Source of the DNA: an uncultured Candidatus Rokubacteria bacterium
Lineage (GTDB): Bacteria > Methylomirabilota > Methylomirabilia > Rokubacteriales > DASRDR01
NCBI GenBank assembly: GCA_963708025.1
Contig: CAVPSB010000010.1
Span: 1-64,000, forward strand
Direction: 5' to 3'
Length of the DNA stretch: 64,000 nt
Part shown: positions 11,512-22,571 of the stretch, one piece after another
How the letters are laid out: every line of letters begins with the position of its first letter
Position numbering within the stretch: position 1 is the stretch's first letter
Made by a program: the position numbers and the translations under genes
Notes under the pieces: model-generated
The model's database searches: none
What the model was told of the DNA's origin: nothing
Seen by the model: only the letters and a program-made list of their open reading frames with translations

Positions 11512-11781
11512 GACCGGAACACCTTCCCCCGCCCTCCTACAGTAATTCCAGGGGGGGTCAGTGTCTCACCATCATTGGCACAGAGGGCTGGGCGAGATCC
11601 TCGAGAAGTACGCTGAGCACGGGACGGCCCAGTTCAAGATCCCGGAGATCCTCAAGGTGCCCCCCATCTCCCGTCACGGCAACGTCCTCGAGATCGCGCA
11701 GAAGTTCGGCGGCCCCGACCGGCTCCGCGAGGCGCTCGCCGAGATGCAGGGCCTCCTCTACGCCGCTTGAGAGGAGCGAGT

Positions 11782-13927
11782 ATGGCCAAGCATGCGAAGA
11801 GAAGGACGGACGCCCCGAAGACCACGGCCCAGCAGCTCGGTTCGCTCCTCAAGTCCGCCCGCGACATCATGCGCAAGGACAAGGGCCTGAACGGCGACCT
11901 CGACCGGCTGCCGATGCTCACCTGGATCATGTTCCTGAAGTTCCTCGACGACATGGAGCAGATGCGGGAGGCAGGAGGCCAAGCTGGCGGGCAAGCGGTT
12001 CCGCCCCGCCATCGAGCCGCCCTACCGCTGGCGCGACTGGGCCGCCAAGCGAGGACGGCATCACCGGCGACGAGCTGATCGCCTTCATCAACCAGGACGA
12101 AGCGCGTCCGGCCCGACGGCACGCGCGGGCCGGGCCTCTTCGCCTACCTGCGCTCGCTCACAGGGCACGAACGGCGGCGACCGCCGCGACGTGATCGCCA
12201 CCGTCTTCCGGGGCACGGTCAACCGGATGCAGAGCGGCTACCTGCTGCGCGACGTCATCAACAAGGTCAACGGCATCCACTTCACCTCCAGCGACGAGAT
12301 CCACACCCTCGGCGCACCTCTACGAGTCGATGCTCCAGGAGATGCGCGACGCCGCCGGCGACTCCGGCGAGTTCTACACGCCGCGGCCCGTCGTCCAGTT
12401 CATGGTGACCGTCGTCGACCCGCGCCTGGGCGAGACCGTGCTCGACCCGGCCTGCGGCACCGGCGGCTTCCTCGTCGAGGCCTTCGAGCACCTGAAGCAG
12501 CAAGTGCAAGACGGCGAGCGACCATCGCACGCTGCAGCGAGGGACGCTCTTCGGCGGCGAGGCCAAGCCGCTGCCCTACCTGCTCTGCCAGATGAACCTG
12601 CTCCTGCACGGCCTGGAGTCTCCCGAGATCGACCCGGGCAACGCGCTGCGGCTTCCAGCTCACGCGAGATCGGCGACAAGGACCGCGTGGACGTCATCCT
12701 GACCAACCCGCCGTTCGGCGGCGAGGAGGAGCGGGGCATCCAGGGCAACTTCCCCGAGGACAAGCAGACCGCCGAGACGGCGCTGCTCTTCCTGCAGCTC
12801 ATCATGCGGAAGCTCCGCCGCGCCCATCGGCGGCCGGAAGGCCGGCCGCTGCGGCATGGTCGTGCCCGAACGGCACGCTCTTCGGCGACGGCGTCTGCGC
12901 CCGCATCAAGGAGGAGCTGCTCAAGGAGTTCAACCTGCACACCATCGTCCGCCTGCCCAACGGCGTCTTCGCGCCCTACACCAGCATCCCGACCAACCTC
13001 CTCTTCTTCGACCGCTCCGGCCCGACGAAGGAGGTCTGGTACTACGAGCAGCCGCTGCCCGAGGGCCGGAAGAACTACACCAAGACCCAGCCGCTCCAGT
13101 TCGAGGAGTTCGCCCCCTGCATCGCCTGGTGGAACAACCGCAACGAGAACGACCGCGCGTGGAAGGTGCCCGCAGCGCAGATTTTGGCCAACGGCTGCAA
13201 TCTCGACCTCAAGAACCCAAACCGCCACCAGAAGTCCATCCAATTGCCTCCAGAACAGCTCGCGGAAGTCCTAGTGAAAACAGAGAGAGAGATTCTCGAC
13301 ACCATTGCACGTGTCAAAGAGGATGTTGACACAATAAGAACTGGCCAGACTAAGGAGCTGGAATGGCCCGCGATCTCCCTTGGCGAAGTCCTAGCTGAGA
13401 TGCAAGAGTATCAAGAGGTTGACGCCAACGCCGTATATCAGAACGTTGGCATCTACAGCTTCGGGCGCGGACTGTTTGAAAAGCCTCAGATTCGCGGGAT
13501 TGCCACCAGTGCCAAAGTCCTTAAACGGATCAGAAAAGGCCAGTTCATTTACAGCCGCCTCTTCGCCTTTGAGGGCGCGTATGGAGTCGTGCCTGACGAG
13601 TTTGATGGTTACTTCGTCTCGAATGAATACCCCACTTTCCAGTGCGACGTCGATCGAATCATTCCAGAGTTTCTGTTCGTCTATTTTCAGTCTGAATCTG
13701 TCTGGGCCGAGGTGGCCGAGGGTAGTAAGGGTCTTGGGCATCGGCGGCAGCGTGTTCAGCCGGAGCAGGTGCTGGCGCACCGGCTTAGGCTGCCTCCGCT
13801 TCACTGGCAGAGGCAGGTCCTGTCAGTATACGAGAAGTTGCGTGAGGCGAGACGACTGAGAGGAGTCACGTCGCGGCACCTAGACGCCCTGCTGCCCTCG
13901 ATCCTAGCGATCGCAACGAAGAGGTAA
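11782..13927 (+). CDS. hsdM: type I N6-adenine methyltransferase HsdM, apparently fused in frame to a single HsdS target-recognition domain (frameshifts in the M part)
   Basis: GEFYTPR, VLDPACGTGGFL, NPPF; NLDLKNP M C-terminus reads without a stop into WPAISLGEVL...GQFIYSR...FVSNEY...LPPLHWQ; the TRD part is lower in GC. Confidence 0.85.
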
Positions 13928-14258
13928 TGTCGCGGGAAGCTTGTTCTCCCATTAGATGCGACCAGCGCCTAGGGATCGGCGCTAGCTCCGGCGGTCTGTG
14001 GTTGCGCTCTCACCGCCGTCTGGACTGGTGGGCGCCATCCAGGACTCGATGCGGGGTTCCGACGGGTGGGGTAGAGACAACCGCGAACCACTACGGATTC
14101 TACGGATCTGGCGGGACACCGACTATCGGAAGGACTGGTATCCTACGCGCGTATCCTACGCGCGGGCGTGCGCGGGGGGTGGCCTGGGTACGAGGCGGCT
14201 TGGGGGGTCGCGGTACCGGTGTGGCGTAACGCTGCCCACCGGGAGGGAGGCATTATTA

Positions 14259-14805
14259 GTGCCGAAAATTGAAGCTGCGATCAGAGAGGCAGTTCTCCGA
14301 GGAGCTCGACGCGAAGTTCGAACAGCGACGGGCTCGCTTCGTCGTGACATCCGGCGGCTTCGCCAGCATGTCCGGCTGCTACGGCAAACGGTCGGATCCC
14401 TCCGGGAGGTAGCCAGTCAGTGGCAGCGGGCGAGCCGAGGTCGACGGCTGGAAGCCTCAGGTATCCGAGCAAGAGTTGAAGACCTCACGACTCTCTTCTC
14501 AACTGATCCGAAAGCTCCGGACGCGCCTTGGTCTAAGCCAGGCTGATTTGGCCCGGCTCTTGAGAGTCAGCAACGTCAGCGTACTATCTTGGGAACATGG
14601 GCGTACGAAGCCGGCGGGGCAGAACCGGACGGCTCTGGTTGCGCTCCGGAAGCTGGGGCGGCGAGACGTGAAGCGGTTAGTCAGTGCGTTGCCGAAGTCA
14701 AAGTCTGCTCGCCGTGCTACCAGGCGGCGTCGAACGACCGGAAGGCGTCCCCGGGCAGCACGTCGGAGACCGAGACAGCGGGGCGGCCGACGTCGGTTGA
14801 CCTAG
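14259..14805 (+). CDS. XRE-family HTH protein with N-terminal coiled coil (frameshift near 14450)
   Basis: MPKIEAAIREAVLRGARREVR... then IRKLRTRLGLSQADLARLLRVSNVSVLSWEHGRTKP; GGAGG upstream. Confidence 0.75.
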
Positions 14806-14986
14806 CGGTAGGGTCGGGCCGTGGTGGGGAGTGGGGAGCCGTCCGGTGACGGTGGCGCCGATGATCCGCGGCCGCGGGCGCAACGCGAGGTCACTCGGCG
14901 TCGCGGCCGGCCTAGCGTGCGAGCTACGGAGTCTACGGATCCCTTTGGTGGAGCTCCCCAGACGAGATGGGCGACACGCGCGGGCG

Positions 14987-15040
14987 AGGACCGCAGCAGG
15001 GCCAGGTAGTCAGGACCGCAACGGGGCCAGGTAGTCAGGA
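14987..15040. repeat. 25-bp tandem duplication
   Basis: AGGACCGCAGCAGGGCCAGGTAGTC / AGGACCGCAACGGGGCCAGGTAGTC. Confidence 0.7.
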
Positions 15041-15131
15041 GGACAACATGACCGCCACCGCCCAGCCGCCCGCCGTGGGCACTCCGGGCGCGGAATGCCG
15101 CCACGCTACATGATTCGATCGGGGGGCAGCG

Positions 15132-15948
15132 ATGACCGTGGAGAAGACCAACCGGATGCAGGGCCGCGTAGCAATCGTGACCGGCGCAGGCTCGCGCGGC
15201 GACGGCATCGGCAACGGGCGGGCCGCGGCCGTACTGCTGGCGCGCCACGGCGCCAAGGTGGCGTTGCTCGACACGCAGAAGGATTGGGTCGAGACCACGC
15301 ATGCGATGATCAAGCAGGAAGGCAGTGAGGCCTTCGTGCGCATCGCCGACGTGACCGATCCGAAGCAGTGCGCGGCCGCGGTGGCAGAGACGGTGAAGCG
15401 CTACGGCAAGCTCGACACCCTGGTGAACAACGTCGGCATATCCGGACCGAAGGGCAACGCCGTCGACGTCGATCCCGACGACTGGGACCGCGCCATGCAG
15501 GTCAACGTCACGTCGATGATGCTGATGGCGAAGTACGCGATTCCCGAAATGCGCAAGCTGAAGAAGGGCGCGATCGTCAACATCGCCTCGGTCGCCGGCA
15601 TGGTCGGCGGCAACACCAACCTGCTGTACTCGACGTCGAAGGGCGCTGTGATCAACCTGACGCGCTCGATGGCCGCGCAGCACGGCCGCGAAGGCATCCG
15701 CGTCAACTGCATCGCGCCGGGCATGGTCTACACGCCGATGGCGATCGGCGAAGGCATGAGCCCGGAGCGTGCGCGAGGCGCGCCGCAAGCGCTCGCTGCT
15801 GCGGACCGAAGGCGACGGCTGGGACATCGGCAACGCCGTGCTCTACCTCTGCAGCGACGAGGCGAAGTGGGTCACCGGGCTCATCATGCCGGTTGACGCT
15901 GGAGCGACCGCAGGCTACGTGCCCTCGGAGGCGATCCTGTTCGACTAG
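15132..15948 (+). CDS. SDR family oxidoreductase (frameshift near 15775)
   Basis: TGAGSRGDGIG, NNVG, YSTSK, IRVNCIAPG. Confidence 0.9.
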
Positions 15949-16082
15949 CCGCTGATGCTCTGCCGTGAGGCCGCCGCTCACTGCATGCCCTTGATTAAAC
16001 AGCTGAGCCCCGTGCCGACAGGCGAGACGAGATGGGTGACACGCGCGCGCACGCGCGAGAGGGGGGCGCGTGCCGTAGACCT

Positions 16083-16553
16083 ATGAGCCAAACCGAACCT
16101 GACAGCTCAGGGGTTGCGCTTCCCCCGCCCGTTATCTACCTCGTTGGCCTGGTTGTCGGCTGGCTGCTGAACGCCTGGTACCCACTCGGCCGGATCCCGG
16201 ACACGGCTCGGTGGGTGCTCGGCGGTGCACTCGGGGTGGCCGGGTTCGGAATCGTCCTGCCGGCGCTTCAGCTGATGCGACGGGCTGGCACGGCGATCAA
16301 TCCCACCAAGCCGACCATCCGCCTGGTCTTGGAGGGGCCGTTCCGCTTCACACGGAACCCGCTGTACCTATCGCTCGTGCTGATCTACGCGGCGATCGCC
16401 GTCCTCACGAACGCCATTTGGGGACTGGTCCTGTTGCCGGCCGTCATCGTGACGGTGGAACGCGTCGTGATCTCCAAGGAAGAGGCCTATCTTGAGCGGA
16501 AGTTCGGGGACGAGTACCGAGCCTATCGGGCCAGGGTGCGCCGGTGGATTTGA
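16083..16553 (+). CDS. isoprenylcysteine carboxylmethyltransferase family membrane protein
   Basis: GPFRFTRNPLY...EEAYLERKFGDEYRAYRARVRRWI. Confidence 0.9.
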   Translation: MSQTEPDSSGVALPPPVIYLVGLVVGWLLNAWYPLGRIPDTARWVLGGALGVAGFGIVLPALQLMRRAGTAINPTKPTIRLVLEGPFRFTRNPLYLSLVLIYAAIAVLTNAIWGLVLLPAVIVTVERVVISKEEAYLERKFGDEYRAYRARVRRWI

Positions 16554-16662
16554 AGTCGGGCGAAGTCCTAAGCCTGCTGGAAAAACGAGACGGTAACCGT
16601 GGCAGAAAGGAGGATACATGAATGTTCGCAGCGGCAGTTAACAGATCCTCCTCCATGGCCTG

Positions 16663-17070
16663 ATGCTCATCCTCGTCGGCCTCGTCTGGGGTCTATTCGT
16701 GCCGGCGACGCCTTTCCCACGGCTTGCGCTCGGCGCGCACGTGCAGTTCGTGACGAACGGCATGTTGTTCACCGTGCTCGGCGCCCTGTTGCTCGCCCTG
16801 TCGCACAGCGTCGGGCGCAGGTCGATCACGGTGATGCTTCTGTCGGCGTGGCTCACGTGGGCGATGGCGCTGTCCGAGGTCGCCAACGCGTGGTGGGGCA
16901 CGCGACAGACGTTGCCGATCATGGCCGGACAGGCGGGCGCATCCGGAGGCGCGCCGTGGCAGGAGCTGATCGTCACGGCGACCCACATGGTTGCCGGGCT
17001 GGGGCTCATCGTCGCGTGGGCGTTGCTGGTGGTGGGCTTCGCGAAGCAGTCGTCGGGTGCCCATGCGTAA
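16663..17070 (+). CDS. membrane protein, StyC-like family
   Basis: Four hydrophobic segments; PRLALGAHVQFVTNG motif; true start uncertain (an upstream in-frame ATG is followed by TAA). Confidence 0.55.
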   Translation: MLILVGLVWGLFVPATPFPRLALGAHVQFVTNGMLFTVLGALLLALSHSVGRRSITVMLLSAWLTWAMALSEVANAWWGTRQTLPIMAGQAGASGGAPWQELIVTATHMVAGLGLIVAWALLVVGFAKQSSGAHA

Positions 17071-17539
17071 ACGCCGTGTCGTGGAGCGAGACCGAGTGCG
17101 TCGCCGTTCGATTATCCAGCAGCCTTGGGACTTGACCTGAATTCGTGAAGGCAGCCGGCGATGGGTGAACGCAGCCAGACGTGCCGGGCGCCAATGAACA
17201 GGCTGATCTACAGTCTAAGGCTGTGGTTTGATCCGGAGGTTCCGCGTCCGCACGCTTCGCCCACCAACTTTCTTCACTGCCGACTTGATCCCGAGCCGTG
17301 TCAGCGTCGTGCCCCAGGCCACCTCGGACGGCGCTGCGTAGCCTTTCCGCTCAGACCATTCCCGGCAGCCCGCGAAAGCAGTGCTTGAGCGGGTCCACCA
17401 GTAAGCTCCGCTCGTCCCTCGAGGGCGGCAGGGTTGCCCGCGCCTCGAGCCAGCGCTGCCGTCACCTCGCGCGCGCTCGGTGGCGGCATGGCCTTGCGGC
17501 GTTCATCGTCAAGCCATGCCGGGACCAGCGTGGTGATCT

Positions 17540-18292
17540 TCAACAAGTCAACCGTGTCGCCGGCCCGAACTTGAGCCTCCTGTAGCGCGCGGCCGACCCG
17601 GAAAGGATCGCCTCGTCCGGCCACCGGCGGGCGGCCAGAGCGGCGATGGCAGCCCGGCAAGCCTCGTCGCCCTTGGCAGAGCCCAAGCTGTTGAGCGTGC
17701 GGAACGGCTGGCCGGGGCCCTCGACGATCGCCTGAAGTTCATCCAGCGTCCACTCGGTGAGGCGAGGCAGCGCTTCGATGCCAACCTCGAGGAGGGGCTT
17801 TCCCACCCAGAAGCACGGCCGGTCTCGAAGCAACCTCGTCGGCGGGATCACGGCGTAGCGGCCGCGGCCCTCAACGGTGAGCCGGGTGGCCTCCCATTTT
17901 CCACGGGGATCGCGCCGCCGGAACCGGCGAAGTCGAAGGTCGAACGGCGCGCGGGCGAAGATCGTCAGGCGGCCAGGCATGCGGACGGCGCAGGGTGTCG
18001 TCTCCAGCGCCGCCAAGACGTCCGGAACCAGGGCGACGTCCCTCACGACGACTGCGACCAGGTAGTGCTCGCCGTGTCGCGTGCCGAGAACGAGACCGAG
18101 CTCGGTGTCCGCGAGTTCCCGCGCGTTGACCAAGGCCTGCAGGGTTTCGGACGGCAGGCCGGCGCAATAGTGCGCCCAATCGCGGAGTGCGGGCACGACA
18201 GATCCCCGCACGAGGGGAAGGGGAACGAAACCGGCGTCGTAGTATTGCTGAGCCTCCAGGACGAACGCCCTCGGGCGACGCTGCCACGCCAC
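17540..18292 (-). CDS. bifunctional DNA primase/polymerase (Prim-Pol) N-terminal domain protein, divergent
   Basis: AQQYYDAGFVPLPL...PALRDW...LGLVLG...GRGRYAVIPPT; acidic DxD motif not evident. Confidence 0.6.
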   Translation of the reverse strand: MAWQRRPRAFVLEAQQYYDAGFVPLPLVRGSVVPALRDWAHYCAGLPSETLQALVNARELADTELGLVLGTRHGEHYLVAVVVRDVALVPDVLAALETTPCAVRMPGRLTIFARAPFDLRLRRFRRRDPRGKWEATRLTVEGRGRYAVIPPTRLLRDRPCFWVGKPLLEVGIEALPRLTEWTLDELQAIVEGPGQPFRTLNSLGSAKGDEACRAAIAALAARRWPDEAILSGSAARYRRLKFGPATRLTC

Positions 18293-18294
18293 CG

Positions 18295-19379
18295 CTACCG
18301 CTTTCGGACGCGGCGCCGGCGCATCGGCGCGCCACCGCCCTGGCCGTTTCGGGCGACTGGCCCGTGCCCGTTGCCACTGACCGCCTCCGCGGCGCGCGCG
18401 CAGCGTCTCGTCGGTCACCGCCGCGTACCGCCGCATCATCCGCTCCGACTTCCAGCCGCCGAGCGCCATGACGATCGGGGCGGTGAACCCGGCGTTCAGC
18501 GCCATCGTGGCGCCGTGGTGTCGGAGGTCGTGGAAGTGGAAGTCCTGAAGCCCGGCGGCTCGTGCGGCCAGACGAAACTTGCGGCTCGCGTAGACGCGGC
18601 TCCAGGGCCTTCCCTCGGGGTTTGGAAACACCAAGGGTGAATCGTGGCGCGCTAGCTGAGCGCGAAGGAGCGCCACGGCCTCCTGGTTCAACACGACGGG
18701 CCGGGCCCCGCCCTTCGCGCGGGGAAGGAGCACGACGCCCTGCTCGAGGTGGACGTGTCTCGCGGCGGAGCAGCCGGATCTCACTCAGGCGCATGAGCGT
18801 CAGCTTGGCCGAGGGCCGGCCATCTCCCGGAACGGCGACGGCATCGCCCCCAGCACGGCCCGTTCTTCGACCGGCCGCAGCCAGCGGACCCGCGTCTCAT
18901 CCTCGGGGAAGAAGGCGCCGGCCGGGAATCGGAACTCGGGCAGCACGCGGCGAAGGATGCGCCCGCAGCGTGCGGAGGTCGCGGTTGATGGTGGCGGGCT
19001 TGATCCCGGCGGCCTCACGCGCCTTGCGGAAGGCGAAGACCTCCGCTTCGCCAAATTGGTTCACCGGCCGGTCGAGCGCCTCGGGGAGCGTCGCCTCGAC
19101 CACGCGGGCGGTCTGGGCGGCCCGGTAGACGCTCTCCGGCGGCTTCCCGCGGGCCGCCAGGCCCTCGACGTACGCCTCGAACGCCTCGCGCAGCGTCGCC
19201 GGGCGCGTGCGCTTCTCGTGCTCGGCCGCCACGGCGTCGCGGAGCGCGCCGTGCAGGTCGGCTTCGGCGGCGCGGGCTTCGGCAAAGGTCCGGCAGACTC
19301 GAGAGACGCGGCGGCCGTTTAGCTGGACGCGCGCCAGCCACACCTTCTTACCGTGAACCCGAACCTGGCGGACCGCCAC
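18295..19379 (-). CDS. int: tyrosine recombinase/integrase (several frameshifts)
   Basis: KPATINRDLRTLR, MRLSEI, FHFHDLRHHGATMALNAG...LGGWKSERMMRRY. Confidence 0.9.
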
Positions 19380-19572
19380 CCTCGCCCCTCCCCTCAGAGT
19401 CTCCGCATCTTCCAAAAAAACACGGCGAAGATCGGTCGCACAATTATCTGGGAGGCTGCCGGCGCCAACGACAATGGCAACACGTGGCCGGAGCCCGCGT
19501 CGTCGCGGATTTCACCGCAGCCCGCGAGAGGCCGTAACCTCCGCTCGGGCAGCCGGTCCGCGCGACCAGCCC

Positions 19573-19842
19573 TCACCGGAGACCCTGGTCGGCTCGCCAC
19601 CGGAGGAGGCGGCCGTGCTCGAGGGCGGGGCGGGCCAGGCCCAGCGCCCGCCGCTTCCTGAGCGTCTTCGGCGAAATTCCCAGGCGGGCTGCTAGCTCGG
19701 CGGTGGTCAAGAGCCGGTTCTGGGCCGGCGACAGGACGGGGAGGAGGGCTGCGAGGGTCCGGGCCGCCTCCAGGTAGGCAGGCCACGCCCGGCCGTCGCC
19801 CCCGTCGATGCGCACCTGGAGAACGGCGAGCCGGGCGGCCAC
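19573..19842 (-). CDS. excisionase-like winged-HTH protein (start uncertain)
   Basis: RLLTTAELAARLGISPKTLRKRR...GRLLRW, just upstream of the integrase. Confidence 0.65.
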   Translation of the reverse strand: MAARLAVLQVRIDGGDGRAWPAYLEAARTLAALLPVLSPAQNRLLTTAELAARLGISPKTLRKRRALGLARPALEHGRLLRWRADQGLR

Positions 19843-20086
19843 CCGGGTGGAGGCCCCCTCGAGCGGAGACGGGGTGACGGCCGGCCTGGAGGGGGTGGCG
19901 GGAGGGCCGGAGAGGGGTCTCCGAGCCCGCGAGGCGGGTGGGATCGCCCTGCGAGTCCTGGGCCGCCCTCGAGCACGACGGAGCGCCTCGGAGGAGCCGC
20001 CGGACCCGGGCCGCAGGGTCGTCCTGGTGGCGTCGCGACGGTCGGCGTCGCTCAATGGGTACTGGCGGGTGTCGCCCCCCGCCCCG

Positions 20087-22021
20087 TCAGAACGGGGGGT
20101 TCTCACCCCACCGCTCGCGGAGCGATCTCCTGTCATCGCCGTCATGATCGTCAGCAGGGCCCCCTGGTGCTGGGTCTGACGATGACGAGCCGGGGTCCGC
20201 CGTCCGGCCATCGTCACCGGGGTCGTCAGTCGCGGGACCGCTCTCGACGGGATCGATGACGGTGCTGACGGCGCTGACGCTCGGATCCGGGGCTCTCTCG
20301 GGCACAATAGCGAGGGTGATGAGCCGCCGCTTCGGCTCCCGGGAGAAGTCGATGGAGACCCCGACCGCCCGAAGGTTCGGCGCCAGGCGGCGCAAGGCGT
20401 TCCCGAGGGCCGACGGGCTCTTCGGCCACCGTTTCGAGCGCAACAGGTCCGGTTCAACCCGAGAGCTCAACTTTTCGAGGAGCTCTGCCGAGGTGCCCTG
20501 CCAACCCCGTTTCGCGAGATCCCGGACGAGGGTGGCGAGAGGGGAGGTCTCGAGGACGAGCTCATGTCCCACGTCCCGGTTGCTCTGGTAGGCCGCCAGG
20601 AATGCCCCGGGTGGCCAGCCGAGCGCCGGCTCAGCCGCGACGATCCACCGGGCAAAGTCCGCCATCCGGGGGTAGCTTGCCAGCTCGGTGGTGGGCCAAT
20701 GCCGAAGTGCCGCGCTGACGACGTCCAGCACGGCGCCGAGGAGCTGCGGCCAGGCGGCCTCGAAGTCCGCCCAGAAGCTTGCTGTGGGGCGCCGCGCGTC
20801 ATCGGCGATGCGGGGGAGGTACAGGATGATCGACCGGTCGAGGAGATCGCCCCGGGTCACCACCTCCTCGATGCCGTTCAGGATCACAGGGCGCTGGGCG
20901 TGAAACAGGATCTCGTCCGCATCGGTGTATAGCTCGCGTGTGGCGAACCCTCCGCCGGTCGCGAGGCGGCAGAGTGCGTCGGACAGCCACCCGGGCAGGA
21001 AGGAGAGGTTGTCGTAGGCGAGGACCCAACTGTTTGACGCCGTGATCATGAGGTCGCGCGGCTCGCGGGGCTCCCCGCGGAGCGGGGCGCTGTTGGGATC
21101 AATCAAGCGACGCTGCACCTCGGTGTCCGTGCTCTTGGCGCAGCCCTGCTCGCCGTTGAGCACCAGCACGGGATAGGGGCCGCGTGGCTGGAAGGTCGCG
21201 AGCAGCCAGGCCACGTGAAGGTACCAGTCAGCGTCCGACCCGACGTTGACAAATCGCCGGAGGTCGTCCAGGTGCCCGCCCGGTACCGGGTGCGGGAGCG
21301 GGCGCATTCCGCGGGCTCGTCGGAACTTCACCGGGGGATCGGTCACGACACGCCAGCCGTCAGCTGAGATTTCAACAGCCTCCCAGTCGGCATTGACGAG
21401 GTTGACGTAAATCTTGTCGAGATGCCCTGCGACACGGACGTGGACCGCATGGGCTGGGCTGTCGAATTGCGCCCGCGCCTCCAGGACGCCGAGCGCGTCG
21501 GAGACCGCCTGCGTCGTCGGTGGCTTTCCATTAGCGCGGTAGAAGCGACGCACCAGGTACCGACGGAAGCCGCGCGAACGAATCGGCCAGGTTTCCCGGT
21601 GGTCGTTCACTCGGACGGTCGCGTACGCACTCTCCCCATCAAGGTCACGAAAGAGCTCGATGTCCGCGGCCTCGGCGAGGAGCAGCTGAGCCTGCGTCGG
21701 TTTGGTTGGCTCGTCACCGGGCGCCGGGGCCGGTCTTGGTCGGTCCTCCAGGCGCATAGCGTTGGCGACCACCGCCTGAACCTCCTCGTCCTCGAGAGGC
21801 GGCCGGCAGTGGGAGCGATTGGTTGCGCGGACCGCCTCGAGCACGGCCGCCTCGCTGACCCCCTTAGCCTTCAGACTGCGAGCTAGGCGGAAGAGGACAT
21901 CATTGCGCGTCCCTTCGACGACGTCGGCCGGGACATGGAACTCGCCCGGCTGATCCGGAGAACTCGCCTCCGGTAAGGAGCGTTCGAGGTCGAGGAGCTC
22001 GTAGCGCAGCGGCTCAGGCAT
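20087..22021 (-). CDS. PriCT-1 plus P-loop ATPase/helicase replication protein
   Basis: EGTRNDVLFRLARSL...CRPPLEDEEV (PriCT-1); GEQGCAKST; LAYDNLS; GGGFATRELY. Confidence 0.85.
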   Translation of the reverse strand: MPEPLRYELLDLERSLPEASSPDQPGEFHVPADVVEGTRNDVLFRLARSLKAKGVSEAAVLEAVRATNRSHCRPPLEDEEVQAVVANAMRLEDRPRPAPAPGDEPTKPTQAQLLLAEAADIELFRDLDGESAYATVRVNDHRETWPIRSRGFRRYLVRRFYRANGKPPTTQAVSDALGVLEARAQFDSPAHAVHVRVAGHLDKIYVNLVNADWEAVEISADGWRVVTDPPVKFRRARGMRPLPHPVPGGHLDDLRRFVNVGSDADWYLHVAWLLATFQPRGPYPVLVLNGEQGCAKSTDTEVQRRLIDPNSAPLRGEPREPRDLMITASNSWVLAYDNLSFLPGWLSDALCRLATGGGFATRELYTDADEILFHAQRPVILNGIEEVVTRGDLLDRSIILYLPRIADDARRPTASFWADFEAAWPQLLGAVLDVVSAALRHWPTTELASYPRMADFARWIVAAEPALGWPPGAFLAAYQSNRDVGHELVLETSPLATLVRDLAKRGWQGTSAELLEKLSSRVEPDLLRSKRWPKSPSALGNALRRLAPNLRAVGVSIDFSREPKRRLITLAIVPERAPDPSVSAVSTVIDPVESGPATDDPGDDGRTADPGSSSSDPAPGGPADDHDGDDRRSLRERWGENPPF

Positions 22022-22571
22022 GGTGCAGCTCCACCCGGCGTGGCGGGGTGTACTTGAAGTTGTACGTGTCAGGCACGCGCAGCACGCGCGCTGGTTCCGC
22101 CGCGCTGAGGTCGGCGTCCAGGTGCAAGGCCAGGCGCCTGAGGAGATTCCGGGCACGGGCCGCACCGATCTGAAGGTCAACTGGCTCTCGGAGTAGCCAG
22201 TACGCATGGAGCCCGCCCCCGCTCGAGACGACGAAACTCGGCGTTAGGGGATAGGCCTGAAGGCGTGCTCGGGCCTCTGGCTCGGACGACTGCTTGAAGT
22301 CGAGATCGACGAAGAGTGCGGGGAGGGCACCGCAGTTCTTGAGCGAGCCGCCGGTCGCATTGATGCGGGTCGCCACGCCGAAGTAGACGTTCTCCGCGTG
22401 GTGGACAGCCAGGAAGCGGGCGATCGGGACCTCGTCGCCGATTCGGCAGAAGACTCGTGCTTTGCTCGGAAGCGCGCGGAATTCGATCAGCCCCTGATTC
22501 CCCGCGAAGAGTGCGGGGAAGAACTCGCGTTGCGCTGCCGTAAGACCCTGGCCGTCCCGCTGAGCCGCCAT
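22014..22571 (-). CDS. RepB-like AEP DNA primase domain (may be one gene with the downstream PriCT/helicase)
   Basis: NVYFGV, LFVDLDFK, SSGGGLHAYWLL, RVLRVPDTYNFK. Confidence 0.85.
   Translation of the reverse strand: MAAQRDGQGLTAAQREFFPALFAGNQGLIEFRALPSKARVFCRIGDEVPIARFLAVHHAENVYFGVATRINATGGSLKNCGALPALFVDLDFKQSSEPEARARLQAYPLTPSFVVSSGGGLHAYWLLREPVDLQIGAARARNLLRRLALHLDADLSAAEPARVLRVPDTYNFKYTPPRRVELHHA

Larger units (their letters stand above)
9818..11587 (-). mobile_element. IS3-family insertion sequence (1770 bp) with 3-bp CTG target duplication
   Basis: CTG at 9815-9817 and 11588-11590; imperfect IRs TGTCAACGACTTTGAGACAC (9825-9844) and TGCCAATGATGGTGAGACAC (reverse complement of 11561-11580). 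Confidence 0.9.
7609..11770 (+). pseudogene. hsdR: type I restriction subunit R, EcoAI-like, interrupted near its 3' end by an IS; many frameshifts
   Basis: [54 protein letters not shown]; ...AREIL|GEILEKYAEHG rejoins in frame after IS removal. Confidence 0.9.

Noticed and set aside
16618-16641. In-frame stop near the start of the StyC-like gene as possible recoding
   Set aside because: It is TAA, with no SECIS-like element; more likely an error or alternative start
17540-18784. Integrase-PrimPol fusion ORF
   Set aside because: An indel near 18400 explains it; the corrected integrase stops at 18295 and Prim-Pol has its own GTG
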